Origin: an uncultured bacterium | GTDB taxonomy: Bacteria; Krumholzibacteriota; Krumholzibacteriia; LZORAL124-64-63 | Assembly: GCA_963732385.1 (NCBI GenBank) | Contig: CAVSZB010000002.1 | Coordinates: forward strand, 32,001 to 96,000 | Length of the DNA: 64,000 bases | Direction of reading: 5' to 3' | In this document: positions 37,103 to 47,123 of the stretch, piece after piece | How the letters are laid out: the number at the start of each line of letters is the position of its first letter | Numbering within the stretch: position 1 is the stretch's first letter | Position numbers and translations under genes: made by a program | The notes under the pieces: model-generated | The model's database searches: none | What the model saw: the letters and a program-made list of their open reading frames with translations, nothing else | What the model was told of the DNA's origin: nothing

Positions 37103-39145
37103 TCAGAGAGTTTCCATCGCACCGATATCGGCCTGGGCCTCCGGGTTGCGTGTCACGCCAAGCTGATCGGCTGCAAGTCGCGAGATGGTCGGGCCACGCT
37201 CGAGCCACACGATCGTGCGCAGCAACGGGTTCTCGACGAGCGGGCCGGTCGCGAAAAGCGAAGCCCAGGCCTCATCACCCAGCCCTTCCTGCCCCATGCC
37301 GGGAATCGCCGCCTGAGCCAGCGCGGCATCGAGCCGATGCCAGAACTCGATGTAAGGATGGTTGTACAACTCACGCGGCCAGGTCTGTGCCGGGCCAAAA
37401 AACTGCGTCGCGGCGAGCGTCAGGATCGGATTGCCACCCGTGTCCCGGTAGGGCTGCAGTCCCGGCGTGCCGGTATCGATATCGACGGCTTGCAGGAAGG
37501 CCTCGAATTCAGCCTGGAAGGCTGACGCAAAGCCCGTGAGTCCATACTGCTGCTCGACCCTGCCGAGCACGATCGACAGGAAGTTGTCCTGCGCGCCGCT
37601 GGACACCTCGTATTCAGCCAGCACATCGTCCAGCCGGTAGCTGCTGGCCGGCACCTGGTCCAGCGCTGTTCCTGACGGCCGGTAGTGCAATGGTACAGCC
37701 TCACCGCTGGCCACGCCGACGGACGGAATGACGGGATCAGTCGTGATACCCGTAGCGAGGTCAATCACGTCGGCCAGGGCGATGCCGGTCTGGTCGCCCA
37801 CCTTCGGGTAGTGCCGCCGGCTCAGGGATTCCCAGCTGCGCTCGCCGACCGGGACCAGGATCTGTCCGAAGTCGAGCTGGCCGAAGCGGTTGTAACCGGC
37901 GCTGTGGAAGTGCAGCAGCGAACCGGTGAACAGGTCGTGTGCATAGGTCGCGCCGCCGATCTCGGTGACCGTGTTGCCGGCAACGATGGAGTGGCCGATC
38001 GTCATTCTCTCCACCGCATGTGCGTTGCCGACCGTCGCGGCGATACCACCCGCAAGGTTGCGGCGGCCGAGACTGTCGGTCCGTGCACGACCACGCACCG
38101 AGTTCTCGACGACCGTGACGCTCTGCAGTTCCATGTAACCGTTCGACATGTACAGGCCAGCGCCACGCCAGTACCCCATGTTGAGCAGGAATGGCGGCAG
38201 GCCGGCGGACGGCTCCGCCAGGTTGCGCGCCACCGTCGTGTTGGTGACCCGCAGCGTGTTGGCCTTGCCGATGCCGCCGCCATCCGAATAGATGCCGGCA
38301 CCGTAGACGAACAGGCCGCGGATGGCGTTGCCGCTCACTGCTGACGAATCGATCGTAGACAGCGTCCGCGTGCTGCCTGCCCCGCCGACCGAATAGATGC
38401 CACCGCCAGCCGCACCGGCACCGAGGGCCGAGTTGCCACTCACCACGCAGCGCTGCATGTCGACGATGTCGGCGTAAACCGCACCGCCGAACGCACCCCG
38501 ATCACGCGACGAGTCGAAATCGCCTTCCACGTGGTTGTCGAACAGGCGGCAATCGCGCAGGCGGGCAACACCCCAGACGGCAACCGCACCACCGCGCGCC
38601 AGCGTCCAGGGCTGGTCGCCGGGATTCGCGACCGCGAGCGGTTCCGCCACGCTGTGACCACCGGTGACGCCGACGTTGACCAGGCTCAGATTGCCCTCGA
38701 CTGCCAGCACCCGGGCCGGTGTACCGCCTGCCCAGGCCAGCGTGATGCCCGCCGGGAGATCTGCGGCGTCAATGGTCACGTTTTTGCGTGCGACGAGTGC
38801 GGATCGCCCGTAGTCCCGATCGAACCAGCCGACCAGGTAGGACACAGGTCCGCCCGGTTCATCACGCATGCCCATCACTTCGCCCTTGAGGCGGGTATGT
38901 TCATCGGCCACGATCGACAAGGCGATCGTGCCGCCGTCGAGACTGGGGTCGAAACGGATCACTTGCCCGGAAGCCGCCGCTGCGAGAGCAGAGCGCAGCG
39001 TCACCGTGCCTGACGGAGGGTCGGAATCGTCGAAAAGGCTGTTGACGACGACGGTGCTGTCAAACGTCGAGGACGAGCCACCGCCACCGCAGGCGGCGAG
39101 CAGCGCAAGGCTCACGAAGACAACAAACCGGAAGAGGATTCGCAC
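37103..39145 (-). CDS. Large lipoprotein with beta-helix-like repeats (choice-of-anchor Q/CSLREA-like)
   Basis: GTG 39145, lipobox LAAC; TLRSAL, GGAV/GGGIY/GAGIY repeats; C-terminal DQLGVTR...DIGAME. Confidence 0.7.
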   Translation of the reverse strand: MRILFRFVVFVSLALLAACGGGGSSSTFDSTVVVNSLFDDSDPPSGTVTLRSALAAAASGQVIRFDPSLDGGTIALSIVADEHTRLKGEVMGMRDEPGGPVSYLVGWFDRDYGRSALVARKNVTIDAADLPAGITLAWAGGTPARVLAVEGNLSLVNVGVTGGHSVAEPLAVANPGDQPWTLARGGAVAVWGVARLRDCRLFDNHVEGDFDSSRDRGAFGGAVYADIVDMQRCVVSGNSALGAGAAGGGIYSVGGAGSTRTLSTIDSSAVSGNAIRGLFVYGAGIYSDGGGIGKANTLRVTNTTVARNLAEPSAGLPPFLLNMGYWRGAGLYMSNGYMELQSVTVVENSVRGRARTDSLGRRNLAGGIAATVGNAHAVERMTIGHSIVAGNTVTEIGGATYAHDLFTGSLLHFHSAGYNRFGQLDFGQILVPVGERSWESLSRRHYPKVGDQTGIALADVIDLATGITTDPVIPSVGVASGEAVPLHYRPSGTALDQVPASSYRLDDVLAEYEVSSGAQDNFLSIVLGRVEQQYGLTGFASAFQAEFEAFLQAVDIDTGTPGLQPYRDTGGNPILTLAATQFFGPAQTWPRELYNHPYIEFWHRLDAALAQAAIPGMGQEGLGDEAWASLFATGPLVENPLLRTIVWLERGPTISRLAADQLGVTRNPEAQADIGAMETL

Positions 39146-39151
39146 AACCCT

Positions 39152-39191
39152 AACCAAGCCAAATAAGCCAACTAAGCCAAATAAGCCAAAC
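39152..39191. repeat. AT-rich 9-bp tandem repeat (four copies plus a partial)
   Basis: AACCAAGCC AAATAAGCC AACTAAGCC AAATAAGCC AAAC fills the intergenic gap. Confidence 0.9.
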
Positions 39192-39197
39192 CCGGCA

Positions 39198-40988
39198 CTA
39201 GAAGGCCGAGTCGGGGAACGCCACCAGCGCATCGGCGCCCGCTTCGATCGCACGCAGATACGCTGTCGCCAGCGGCGAGAACTGTCCGGCATAAAAGTCC
39301 GCTGTGATCAGTTTTGCCGCCAGGAACTCCCGCTCGGCCTCGCTCGCCGCTGCGCTGGCAGCCAGCTTTTCGCTGGCTATGACTGCCGCGCGTGCCAGCT
39401 GCCAGCCACCCGTGACGGTGCCGAGCAGCATCAGCATGCTGTTTGCGACCGCGCCCGGCACCGCCGGATGCTGCGCGTAATTCGCGGCCAGCCAGCGACC
39501 TGCAGCCTCGACGCTGGCACAGCCCTCGGCATGCGCCTTGCGCACCGCGGCCAGCGCCGGGTGGCGGGCGAGATCAGCGTCGGTCGCCTGCATATCAGCC
39601 AGCAGAGCCACCAGCGAAGCCCCGCCGTCGCGCAGGATCTTGCGCGCAACCAGATCGTTGGCCTGGATGCCGGTGGTGCCCTCGTAGATCGTCGTTATGC
39701 GCGCATCGCGCAGATACTGTGCGGCACCAGTTTCTTCCGCATAACCCATGCCGCCGTGTATCTGCACGCCCAGCGAGGTCAGCAGCTGGCCGATCTCGGT
39801 ACACCAGCCCTTGACCACCGGCGTCATCAGTTCGACCCGCGCCTGGTGATGCGCGCGCGTCGCCGCATCGACATGCCGCATGCTGATATCGAGATCGGCT
39901 GCGGTGACATAGGCGATGCTGCGCATCGCCTCTATATATGACTTCATTGTCAGCAGCATGCGCCGCACATCGGCGTGCTGGATGATGGCGGCACGTCCCT
40001 GCTGCCCGGGCACCTTGCCCTGCACGCGCTCGCGCGCATAGCTGCGCGCCTTCTGGTACGCACGCTCGGCCACCGCCACGCCTTCGAGGCCGACACCGAG
40101 GCGCGCGTGATTCATCATGGTAAACATCGCGGCAAGACCGTTGTTCAGCTCGCCGACCAGGTAGCCGACGGCATTCTCGAAAGCCATCACGCAGGTCGGG
40201 CTGCCATGGATGCCGAGCTTGTGCTCCACCGACACCGGCCGCACGCCATTGCGCTCGCCGGGCGTGCCATCGGCCTTCAGCAGGAATTTCGGTGCCAGAA
40301 ACAGCGAAATGCCGCGCACGCCCGGCGGCGCGTCCGGCAACCGGGCGAGCACCAGGTGCACGACGTTCTCCGTCATGTCGTGATCGCCCCAGGTGATGAA
40401 GATCTTCTGCCCGGTGATCCGGTAGTGATCGCCTTCAGGCACCGCCTGGGTGCGCAGGGCGGCGAGATCGGAGCCGGCCTGCGGCTCGGTCAGGTTCATG
40501 GTGCCGGTCCACTCGCCCGCCACCATCTTCGGCAGATAGGCCTTGCGCAGCCCTTCCGAGGCATGGGCTTCGATCGCCCGGGCGGCGCCTTCGGTGAGCA
40601 GCGGACACAGCGACCAGGCGAGGTTCGCCGAACACCACATTTCCTCGACTGCCACACCGAGCAGGAAGGGCAAGCCCTGGCCGCCGTACTCGGCAGGCGC
40701 GGTAACGCCCGCCCAGCCACCGGACTGATACTCGCGATAGGCCGCCTTGAATTCGCCTGGAACAATGACGCCACCATGCTCGACCCGGCTGCCCTGCCGG
40801 TCACCGATCACATTGGTGGGGGCAATCACGCCACCGGCCAGCTCGGCGGCCTGTTCCAGGATGGCTTCCGCCAGATCCGGCGTGGCTTCCTCGCCGCCCG
40901 GCAAGGCCGCGACCCGATCGAGGCCGGCGAGTTCGCGGATCACAAACAGCATTTCGCGGACGGGACCGTGATATTCAGGCATCGTCAT
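39198..40988 (-). CDS. Acyl-CoA dehydrogenase
   Basis: GTMNLTEPQAGSDL, KIFITWGDHD, EHKLGIHGSPT, HGGMGY, IYEGTTGIQANDL. Confidence 0.95.
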   Translation of the reverse strand: MTMPEYHGPVREMLFVIRELAGLDRVAALPGGEEATPDLAEAILEQAAELAGGVIAPTNVIGDRQGSRVEHGGVIVPGEFKAAYREYQSGGWAGVTAPAEYGGQGLPFLLGVAVEEMWCSANLAWSLCPLLTEGAARAIEAHASEGLRKAYLPKMVAGEWTGTMNLTEPQAGSDLAALRTQAVPEGDHYRITGQKIFITWGDHDMTENVVHLVLARLPDAPPGVRGISLFLAPKFLLKADGTPGERNGVRPVSVEHKLGIHGSPTCVMAFENAVGYLVGELNNGLAAMFTMMNHARLGVGLEGVAVAERAYQKARSYARERVQGKVPGQQGRAAIIQHADVRRMLLTMKSYIEAMRSIAYVTAADLDISMRHVDAATRAHHQARVELMTPVVKGWCTEIGQLLTSLGVQIHGGMGYAEETGAAQYLRDARITTIYEGTTGIQANDLVARKILRDGGASLVALLADMQATDADLARHPALAAVRKAHAEGCASVEAAGRWLAANYAQHPAVPGAVANSMLMLLGTVTGGWQLARAAVIASEKLAASAAASEAEREFLAAKLITADFYAGQFSPLATAYLRAIEAGADALVAFPDSAF

Positions 40989-41030
40989 CTGGCTCTATCT
41001 GGTGCGTCCTGGCGGCGGCGATGGCGGCCC

Positions 41031-42869
41031 TCAGGCGCGTTGACGGGATTCCCGGCGGCGATCTGTTTCCAGCAATAATTTCTTGCGCAAACGGATACTT
41101 GCCGGCGTTACTTCGACGAGTTCATCGTCATCGATGAACTCCAGTGCCTGCTCCAGGGAGAAGCGTATCGGCGGCGTCAGCAACAGGTCTTCATCCGTGC
41201 CGGCGGCGCGGATATTGGTCAGCTGCTTGGCCTTGGTCGGATTGATGACCAGGTCGCTGCCCCGGCTGTGTATGCCGCAGATCATGCCTTCGTACACCGG
41301 CTCGCCATGGCCGATGAACAAACGACCGCGCTCCTGCAGGTTGAACAGCGCATAAGCCAGCGCCTTGCCGGCCACCATGGAAATCAGCACGCCATTGTTG
41401 CGCTGGCCGATCGAGGCCGGAATGCGGCGATCGTATTTTTCGAACACGTGATAAATCAGCCCGGTGCCCGAGGTGCAGGTCAGATACTCGGTACGGAAGC
41501 CGATCAGGCCACGCGCCGGCATCCGGTACTCCAGACGCAGACGACCCGTGCCATCCGGGGTCATGGTCAGCAGCTCGCCCTTGCGCTCGGCGAGGCGGCT
41601 CATCACGGCACCCTGGAACTGCTCTTCGAAATCGACCGTGAGCTGCTCCCAGGGTTCGCAGACGACGCCGTCGATCTCCTGCTCGATCACCTCGGGCCGG
41701 GAAACTGCCAGCTCATAGCCTTCGCGACGCATGTTCTCGATGAGGATCGACAGGTGCAGTTCACCGCGGCCGGAAACCTTGAACTTGTCTGGATCCTCGG
41801 TCGGCTCCACGCGCAAGGCCACGTTGTGCTTCAGTTCGCGTTCAAGGCGTTCCTTGATGTGCCGGCTGGTCAGGAACTTGCCTTCCTTGCCGGCAAACGG
41901 CGACTTGTTCACGCAGAAAGTCATGCTGATGGTCGGCTCATCCACCTTGAGCGGCGGCAGGCCCTCGGGTACTTCGCGGTCGCAGACGGTGTCGGAGATG
42001 AAGAGTTCCTCGATGCCGCTGAACACCACGATATCGCCGGCGCTGGCCGACTCGACCTTGTAACGGTTGAGACCGAGGAAGCCGTACAGCTCGCCCAGCC
42101 GCCCGCTGCGCACCTTGCCGTTCGCACCGACGATGCTCACGGTGGATCCGGCCACGGCCCTGCCGCGCGTGATGCGGCCGATGCCGAGCATGCCCACATA
42201 GGAGTCGTAATCGAGACTGGAAACCTGCAGCTGCAGCGGACCGTTGGGATCCACTTTCGGTGGTGCCACGTGCTTGACGATGGCCTCGAAGAGCGGCGTC
42301 ATGTCGCCGGAACGCACGCTGGACTCGAGCCCGGCGTAGCCGTTCAGCGCCGAGGCGTAGATGACCGGGAAATCGAGCTGGGCATTGGTCGCACCCAGCC
42401 GGTCAAACAGCTCGAAGGTTGCATCCAGCGCCCAACCCGGGCGGGCACCATCACGGTCGATCTTGTTGATCACGACGATCGGCGTGAAACCGAAGGCAAA
42501 GGCCTTCTGGGTCACGAAGCGGGTCTGCGGCATCGGACCGTCGACGGCATCGACCAGCAACAGCACGCAATCCGCCATCGACAGCACGCGCTCGACCTCA
42601 CCACCGAAGTCGGCATGTCCGGGCGTGTCGATGATGTTGATGAAGTAGTCACCCCAGGTGATCGCGGTATTCTTGGCCAGGATGGTGATGCCGCGCTCCT
42701 TCTCGAGGTCATTCGAGTCCATGGCCCGCTCGGGCAGCTGGAAGCGCACATCAAGGGTGCCGGACTGGCGCAGCAGCTTGTCGACCAGCGTGGTTTTGCC
42801 ATGGTCGACGTGCGCGATGATGGCGATATTGCGCAGCTTGTCGGTCGGTTTGGTGACAGAGTTGTTCAT
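41031..42869 (-). CDS. typA: Translational GTPase TypA/BipA
   Basis: [43 protein letters not shown]. Confidence 0.97.
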   Translation of the reverse strand: MNNSVTKPTDKLRNIAIIAHVDHGKTTLVDKLLRQSGTLDVRFQLPERAMDSNDLEKERGITILAKNTAITWGDYFINIIDTPGHADFGGEVERVLSMADCVLLLVDAVDGPMPQTRFVTQKAFAFGFTPIVVINKIDRDGARPGWALDATFELFDRLGATNAQLDFPVIYASALNGYAGLESSVRSGDMTPLFEAIVKHVAPPKVDPNGPLQLQVSSLDYDSYVGMLGIGRITRGRAVAGSTVSIVGANGKVRSGRLGELYGFLGLNRYKVESASAGDIVVFSGIEELFISDTVCDREVPEGLPPLKVDEPTISMTFCVNKSPFAGKEGKFLTSRHIKERLERELKHNVALRVEPTEDPDKFKVSGRGELHLSILIENMRREGYELAVSRPEVIEQEIDGVVCEPWEQLTVDFEEQFQGAVMSRLAERKGELLTMTPDGTGRLRLEYRMPARGLIGFRTEYLTCTSGTGLIYHVFEKYDRRIPASIGQRNNGVLISMVAGKALAYALFNLQERGRLFIGHGEPVYEGMICGIHSRGSDLVINPTKAKQLTNIRAAGTDEDLLLTPPIRFSLEQALEFIDDDELVEVTPASIRLRKKLLLETDRRRESRQRA

Positions 42870-43023
42870 CGGGGGTGCCGGGGATACGAAAGGTCGCGAA
42901 TTATAGGGGAGAAATCCGGGTCAGACTGCGTTTTCATGGCCCGGGGCGCACTTATGTGATCTCCGCGGGCGCAGTACAGTAGGGTCAGCCGTAGAGTATC
43001 GGTGCCGGATCGGGAGGGACCGG

Positions 43024-43627
43024 ATGGGTTCAGGCCAGGCCAATCACCAGGATCAGCGCCCGTCGCAGCACGCCGTCTTGTCGGCCTGCAGCGCTGGCTG
43101 CCTGTGCTGCCCTGCTCTTCCTGGCCGGGTGTGCCGCACCCCCGCAGGCGCCGGATCCGGCGGCCCGGACCCCGGTCCCGGCCAGCCCGCTGCCCCCTCC
43201 ACTGCTCGACCCCCTGCGCACACAGGTCATATTCACGGCCATGCAGATGGTCGGCGTGCCCTATCTCTGGGGCGGCAGCACACCCGCCGGCTTCGACTGC
43301 AGCGGCCTGGTGCAATACGCCTATTCGAATGCGGGCCTGCAGGTACCGCGTACCGCGGCCGCGCAGTTTGCCGCAGCGACGCCCCTCACGCTGGAGGATG
43401 CAGTTGCCGGCGACCTGCTGTTTTTCGACGATCACAGTCGCACCTCGCACGTCGCCATCTATCTGGGTGAAGGGCGTTTCGTGCATGCCCCGAATGGCGG
43501 CAACCAGGTGTCGCTCGATGACTTGAGCACCTCGTACTGGCGCACGCACTTCAGCGGCGCCGGACGCATCATCCAGTCGGACGAGTTCAGATCGTGCCCA
43601 GATACCACTCGTAGTCGAGATTGCTGA
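43024..43627 (+). CDS. NlpC/P60 (C40) peptidase lipoprotein; the RBS-linked ATG is out of frame (possible frameshift)
   Basis: GVPYLWGG, GFDCSGL, HVAIY, FVHAP. Lipobox FLAGC (Cys 43130) is in frame with the domain, but the GGAGG-ATG at 43024 is one base off. Confidence 0.8.
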
Positions 43628-44969
43628 CCTGCGCGTGGAAGGCCTCCGCCTCATGCCTGCGCGCGAGGCTGAACACGCGGCAAAACTCCGCGCCCAGATA
43701 GCCTGGCAGCAGCCGGCCGGCATCGAAGGCATCCAGCGCAGTCTCCCAGCGCGGTGACAGGCTGATCGCTTCCTTCATCACCTCGCCCTCGGCAATCATG
43801 CGCGGGGGCTCGATCTGCTGCGTGAGCCCGGCATGCACGCCGGAAAGAATTGCGGCCATCGCGAGATAGGGATTGCAGTCGGCACCCGCCACCCGATGCT
43901 CGATGCGCAGGTTGCGGTCATCCGACATGGGGATGCGCACAGCGACGTGGCGATGATTCACGCCCCAGTTCGGAGCGATCGGTGCAAAACAGCCCGGCCG
44001 GATCCGGCGGTAGGAGTTTGCGTTGGGTGCAAAGATGGCCAGCGATTCGGGCATTGCTGCGAGCAGGCCACCGACAGCATGGCGGAGAGTGTGCCCGTAT
44101 CCGCCCGCCGCCTGCCCTGGCGACGGCTGGGCAAACACGTTGCGGCCATCCCGATCGACGAGGCTGAGATGCACGTGCATGCCGGAACCGTCGATCTCGG
44201 CAAAGGGCTTGGCCATGAAGGTCGCCGCGAGGGCGTGTTTCCGGGCCACGCCGCGGATCAGTCGACGCAGCAGTATGGCGTGATCACAGGCGGCGACCGC
44301 ATCGGCAACGTGGTGGAGGTTGACCTCGAACTGGCCGGCACCGTACTCCGAGACGATGCTGCCGGCCGGAATACGCTGCGCTTCGCAGGCCGCGGTGATT
44401 TCAGCGAATAGCGGATCGAGGTCGTGCAGATCCTCGAGACTGTAGACGCGTGGCCCGGACTGCCGGCGCTGCGTGCCGGGGACGCGGCCCCGCCTGGCGC
44501 GCGGCACCTCGCCGGAGGTGTCATCCAGCAGGTAGAACTCGAACTCGACGGCGACGACAGGGGTCAGGCCGAGTTCGGCAAACCGGCTTACGACCCCGGC
44601 CAGCACGTGCCGGCAATCGGCGAAAAACGGCCGGCCATCCCGGTGCTCCAGCGCAACCAGGCACTGACCGGGGTGAGTCGCGGCCCACGGCACCGGTACC
44701 AGTGAGCCCGGCACCGGCCGGCAGACATGATCAGGATCACCATCGTCCGAGCCATAGCTGAGCCCGTCGATGAGCGCACCGCGACTGTCGAGCAGGATGC
44801 CGGTGGCCGGAAAGGTGATGCCATCACGCCAGAGTGACTGCAGTTCACGGCGGCCGATGCGCTTGCCGCGCAGAATGCCGTTGAGGTCCGGCAGCAACAG
44901 TTCGACCGCCCGGGCATCCGGCCAGGCGGCAAGAAAGTTGCGGGCCTCGTCGACGGGTCTGTCGTTCAT
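43587..44969 (-). CDS. Glutamine synthetase family protein (gamma-glutamyl-amine ligase, PuuA-like)
   Basis: DLNGILRGK, EYGAGQFE, FMAKP, GSGMHVH, RIEHRVAGADCNPYL. Confidence 0.9.
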   Translation of the reverse strand: MNDRPVDEARNFLAAWPDARAVELLLPDLNGILRGKRIGRRELQSLWRDGITFPATGILLDSRGALIDGLSYGSDDGDPDHVCRPVPGSLVPVPWAATHPGQCLVALEHRDGRPFFADCRHVLAGVVSRFAELGLTPVVAVEFEFYLLDDTSGEVPRARRGRVPGTQRRQSGPRVYSLEDLHDLDPLFAEITAACEAQRIPAGSIVSEYGAGQFEVNLHHVADAVAACDHAILLRRLIRGVARKHALAATFMAKPFAEIDGSGMHVHLSLVDRDGRNVFAQPSPGQAAGGYGHTLRHAVGGLLAAMPESLAIFAPNANSYRRIRPGCFAPIAPNWGVNHRHVAVRIPMSDDRNLRIEHRVAGADCNPYLAMAAILSGVHAGLTQQIEPPRMIAEGEVMKEAISLSPRWETALDAFDAGRLLPGYLGAEFCRVFSLARRHEAEAFHAQVSNLDYEWYLGTI

Positions 44970-45060
44970 GGCGGTGATCCTGTTTATGGCCGGATTCTGA
45001 CCAATCCCGGCAGCCACGTCGATCCTGCTACCATTTCCTCACGCGGACAAAGAGCATGAC

Positions 45061-45924
45061 ATGAACAATCCGGCACCTTCGTACATTCTGACGGTAGTCT
45101 GCCCCGACAAGGTCGGCATCGTGGCCGCAGTCGCCGGCTACCTGACCTCGCGGAACTGGTTCATCGAAGAATCCTCGCACTTCGGCGACCGCGACACCGG
45201 CACCTTCTTCATGCGCACCCGCTTCACGGTCGCCGAGGAGGGCTTCTCCCGGACCAGCTTTGCCAGCGGCTTCGAGGATATCGCCCGGAAGTTCACCATC
45301 GAATGGCAGGTACACGACACCGCTGTCCTGCCGCGCGTGCTGATCATGGTGTCGCGCTACGACCACTGCCTCAACGACCTGCTGTATCGCTACCGCACCG
45401 GGGCACTGAAGATGGCGATTCCCGCGATCATCTCCAACCACATGGACCTGGCCGGGCTGGCCAGCTGGCACAAGGTGCCCTACTTCCACCTACCGGTGTC
45501 CGCGGCAACCCGGCAGGACGCCGAGGCACGACTGATGGATATCGCTGGCGACACGCAGGCCGAACTGATCGTGCTGGCCCGCTACATGCAGATCCTGTCG
45601 CCATCGATGTGCACGCAGTACGCGGGACGCATCATCAACATCCACCACTCCTTCCTGCCCGGCTTCAAGGGCGCCAAGCCCTACCACGAGGCACACCGGC
45701 GCGGCGTCAAGCTGATCGGCGCCACGGCGCACTATGTGACGGCAGACCTCGATGAAGGGCCGATCATTGAACAGACGGTCGAGCGGGCCGACCACACCAT
45801 GTCACCGGATGATCTCGCCGCGATCGGCCGCGACGTGGAATCAATCACCCTGGCACGGGCGGTCAAACTGCATATCGAGCATCGCGTCTTCGTCAACGGC
45901 AGCAAGACGGTGGTACTGCGCTGA
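45061..45924 (+). CDS. purU: Formyltetrahydrofolate deformylase
   Basis: ACT domain CPDKVGIVAA, HCLNDLLYR, LARYMQIL, NIHHSFLP, DEGPII. Confidence 0.96.
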   Translation: MNNPAPSYILTVVCPDKVGIVAAVAGYLTSRNWFIEESSHFGDRDTGTFFMRTRFTVAEEGFSRTSFASGFEDIARKFTIEWQVHDTAVLPRVLIMVSRYDHCLNDLLYRYRTGALKMAIPAIISNHMDLAGLASWHKVPYFHLPVSAATRQDAEARLMDIAGDTQAELIVLARYMQILSPSMCTQYAGRIINIHHSFLPGFKGAKPYHEAHRRGVKLIGATAHYVTADLDEGPIIEQTVERADHTMSPDDLAAIGRDVESITLARAVKLHIEHRVFVNGSKTVVLR

Positions 45925-45928
45925 GCCT

Positions 45929-47002
45929 TCAGGCGCTCTTGCGTGCCTGCACCACCGGACGCAACAGCACAGCCAGTTCGCGCAGCGTTTTTTCGGTACT
46001 CGTCCAGTCGATGCAGCCATCCGTCACCGACACCCCGTAGCGGAGCTTGCTGCGGTCCGCGGGGATATCCTGGTTGCCCGCCTCGAGATTGCTTTCCAGC
46101 ATGAGGCCGATGATCGACCTGTTGCCGTTGACCACCTGTTCGATGCAGTCACGGGCCACGAGAGGCTGCAGCGACGGATCCTTGTTGGAATTGCCATGGC
46201 TGCAATCGATCACGATGCGATCCGGCAGCCCCGCCTTCTGCAGGGCCTGCTCGCACAGCGCGACGCTGACTGAATCGTAGTTGGTGCGGCCGGCACCGCC
46301 GCGCAATACCACATGACCGTAGTTGTTGCCGCGCGTCTGCATGACGGCCGAGCGGCCGTCCTCGTTGATGCCGAGAAAATGATGCGGCTGGCGCGCCGAC
46401 TTGAGCGCATTGATCGCGACCACCAGCGAACCATCGGTGCCGTTCTTGAAACCCACCGGCGTGGAGAGACCGCTGGCCATTTCACGATGGGTCTGCGATT
46501 CGGTGGTGCGCGCACCGATGGCATTCCAGGTGATCAGGTCGCCGAGGTACTGCGGCATGATCGGGTCCAGCGCCTCGGTGGCCGTGGGCAGGCCGAGTTC
46601 CGCCAGATCGAGCAGCAGCCTGCGTGCGATGCCGATGCCCTTCTCGATGTGAAAGGAATCGTCCATGTCCGGGTCGTTGATCAGGCCCTTCCAGCCCACC
46701 GTGGTGCGCGGCTTCTCGAAATAGACGCGCATGACCAGCACCAGCGTGTCGCTGAGCGCATCGGCCAGCGGCTTGAGCCGCCGCGCATACTCCATCGCCG
46801 CCGGAACGTCGTGAACCGAGCAGGGCCCGACCACCACGAACAGCCGCGGATCGCGGGCATCGATGATGTTCTGCAGGACCCGCCGGTTGCGCAGCACAAA
46901 ACCCTCGAGCGCCGGGGTCAGCGGATACTGCGCCTTGACCTCTGCGGGGGTGGGCAGAACGGTACGGGCGACGACGTTGACGTTGTAAATCTGGCTTTCC
47001 AT
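45929..47002 (-). CDS. Class I 3-deoxy-7-phosphoheptulonate (DAHP) synthase, AroF/G/H family
   Basis: GPCSVHD, RVYFEKPRT, IGARTTESQTHRE, GFKNGTDG, DCSHGNS, YGVSVTDGC. Confidence 0.95.
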   Translation of the reverse strand: MESQIYNVNVVARTVLPTPAEVKAQYPLTPALEGFVLRNRRVLQNIIDARDPRLFVVVGPCSVHDVPAAMEYARRLKPLADALSDTLVLVMRVYFEKPRTTVGWKGLINDPDMDDSFHIEKGIGIARRLLLDLAELGLPTATEALDPIMPQYLGDLITWNAIGARTTESQTHREMASGLSTPVGFKNGTDGSLVVAINALKSARQPHHFLGINEDGRSAVMQTRGNNYGHVVLRGGAGRTNYDSVSVALCEQALQKAGLPDRIVIDCSHGNSNKDPSLQPLVARDCIEQVVNGNRSIIGLMLESNLEAGNQDIPADRSKLRYGVSVTDGCIDWTSTEKTLRELAVLLRPVVQARKSA

Positions 47003-47081
47003 GCGCGAAGCATAGTGTGCTGGCCACGTAACGGGCAACCCGGCCGGCGGCTTGACGAATGCTGATGGCCACCGAATCCGC

Positions 47082-47109
47082 CCTGTAGAATGCCGGGTCT
47101 GTCTACAGG
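47082..47109. promoter_or_regulatory. Putative operator overlapping a -10 element
   Basis: CCTGTAGA-N12-TCTACAGG inverted repeat overlapping TAGAAT (47086-47091). Confidence 0.45.
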
Positions 47110-47123
47110 TCCGGAGTACACCC

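Noticed and set aside
45923..45938. GAGCCTTCAGGCGCTC as an additional REP
   Set aside because: Only the short core matches, it lacks the GTAG foot, and it is largely formed by two convergent gene ends.
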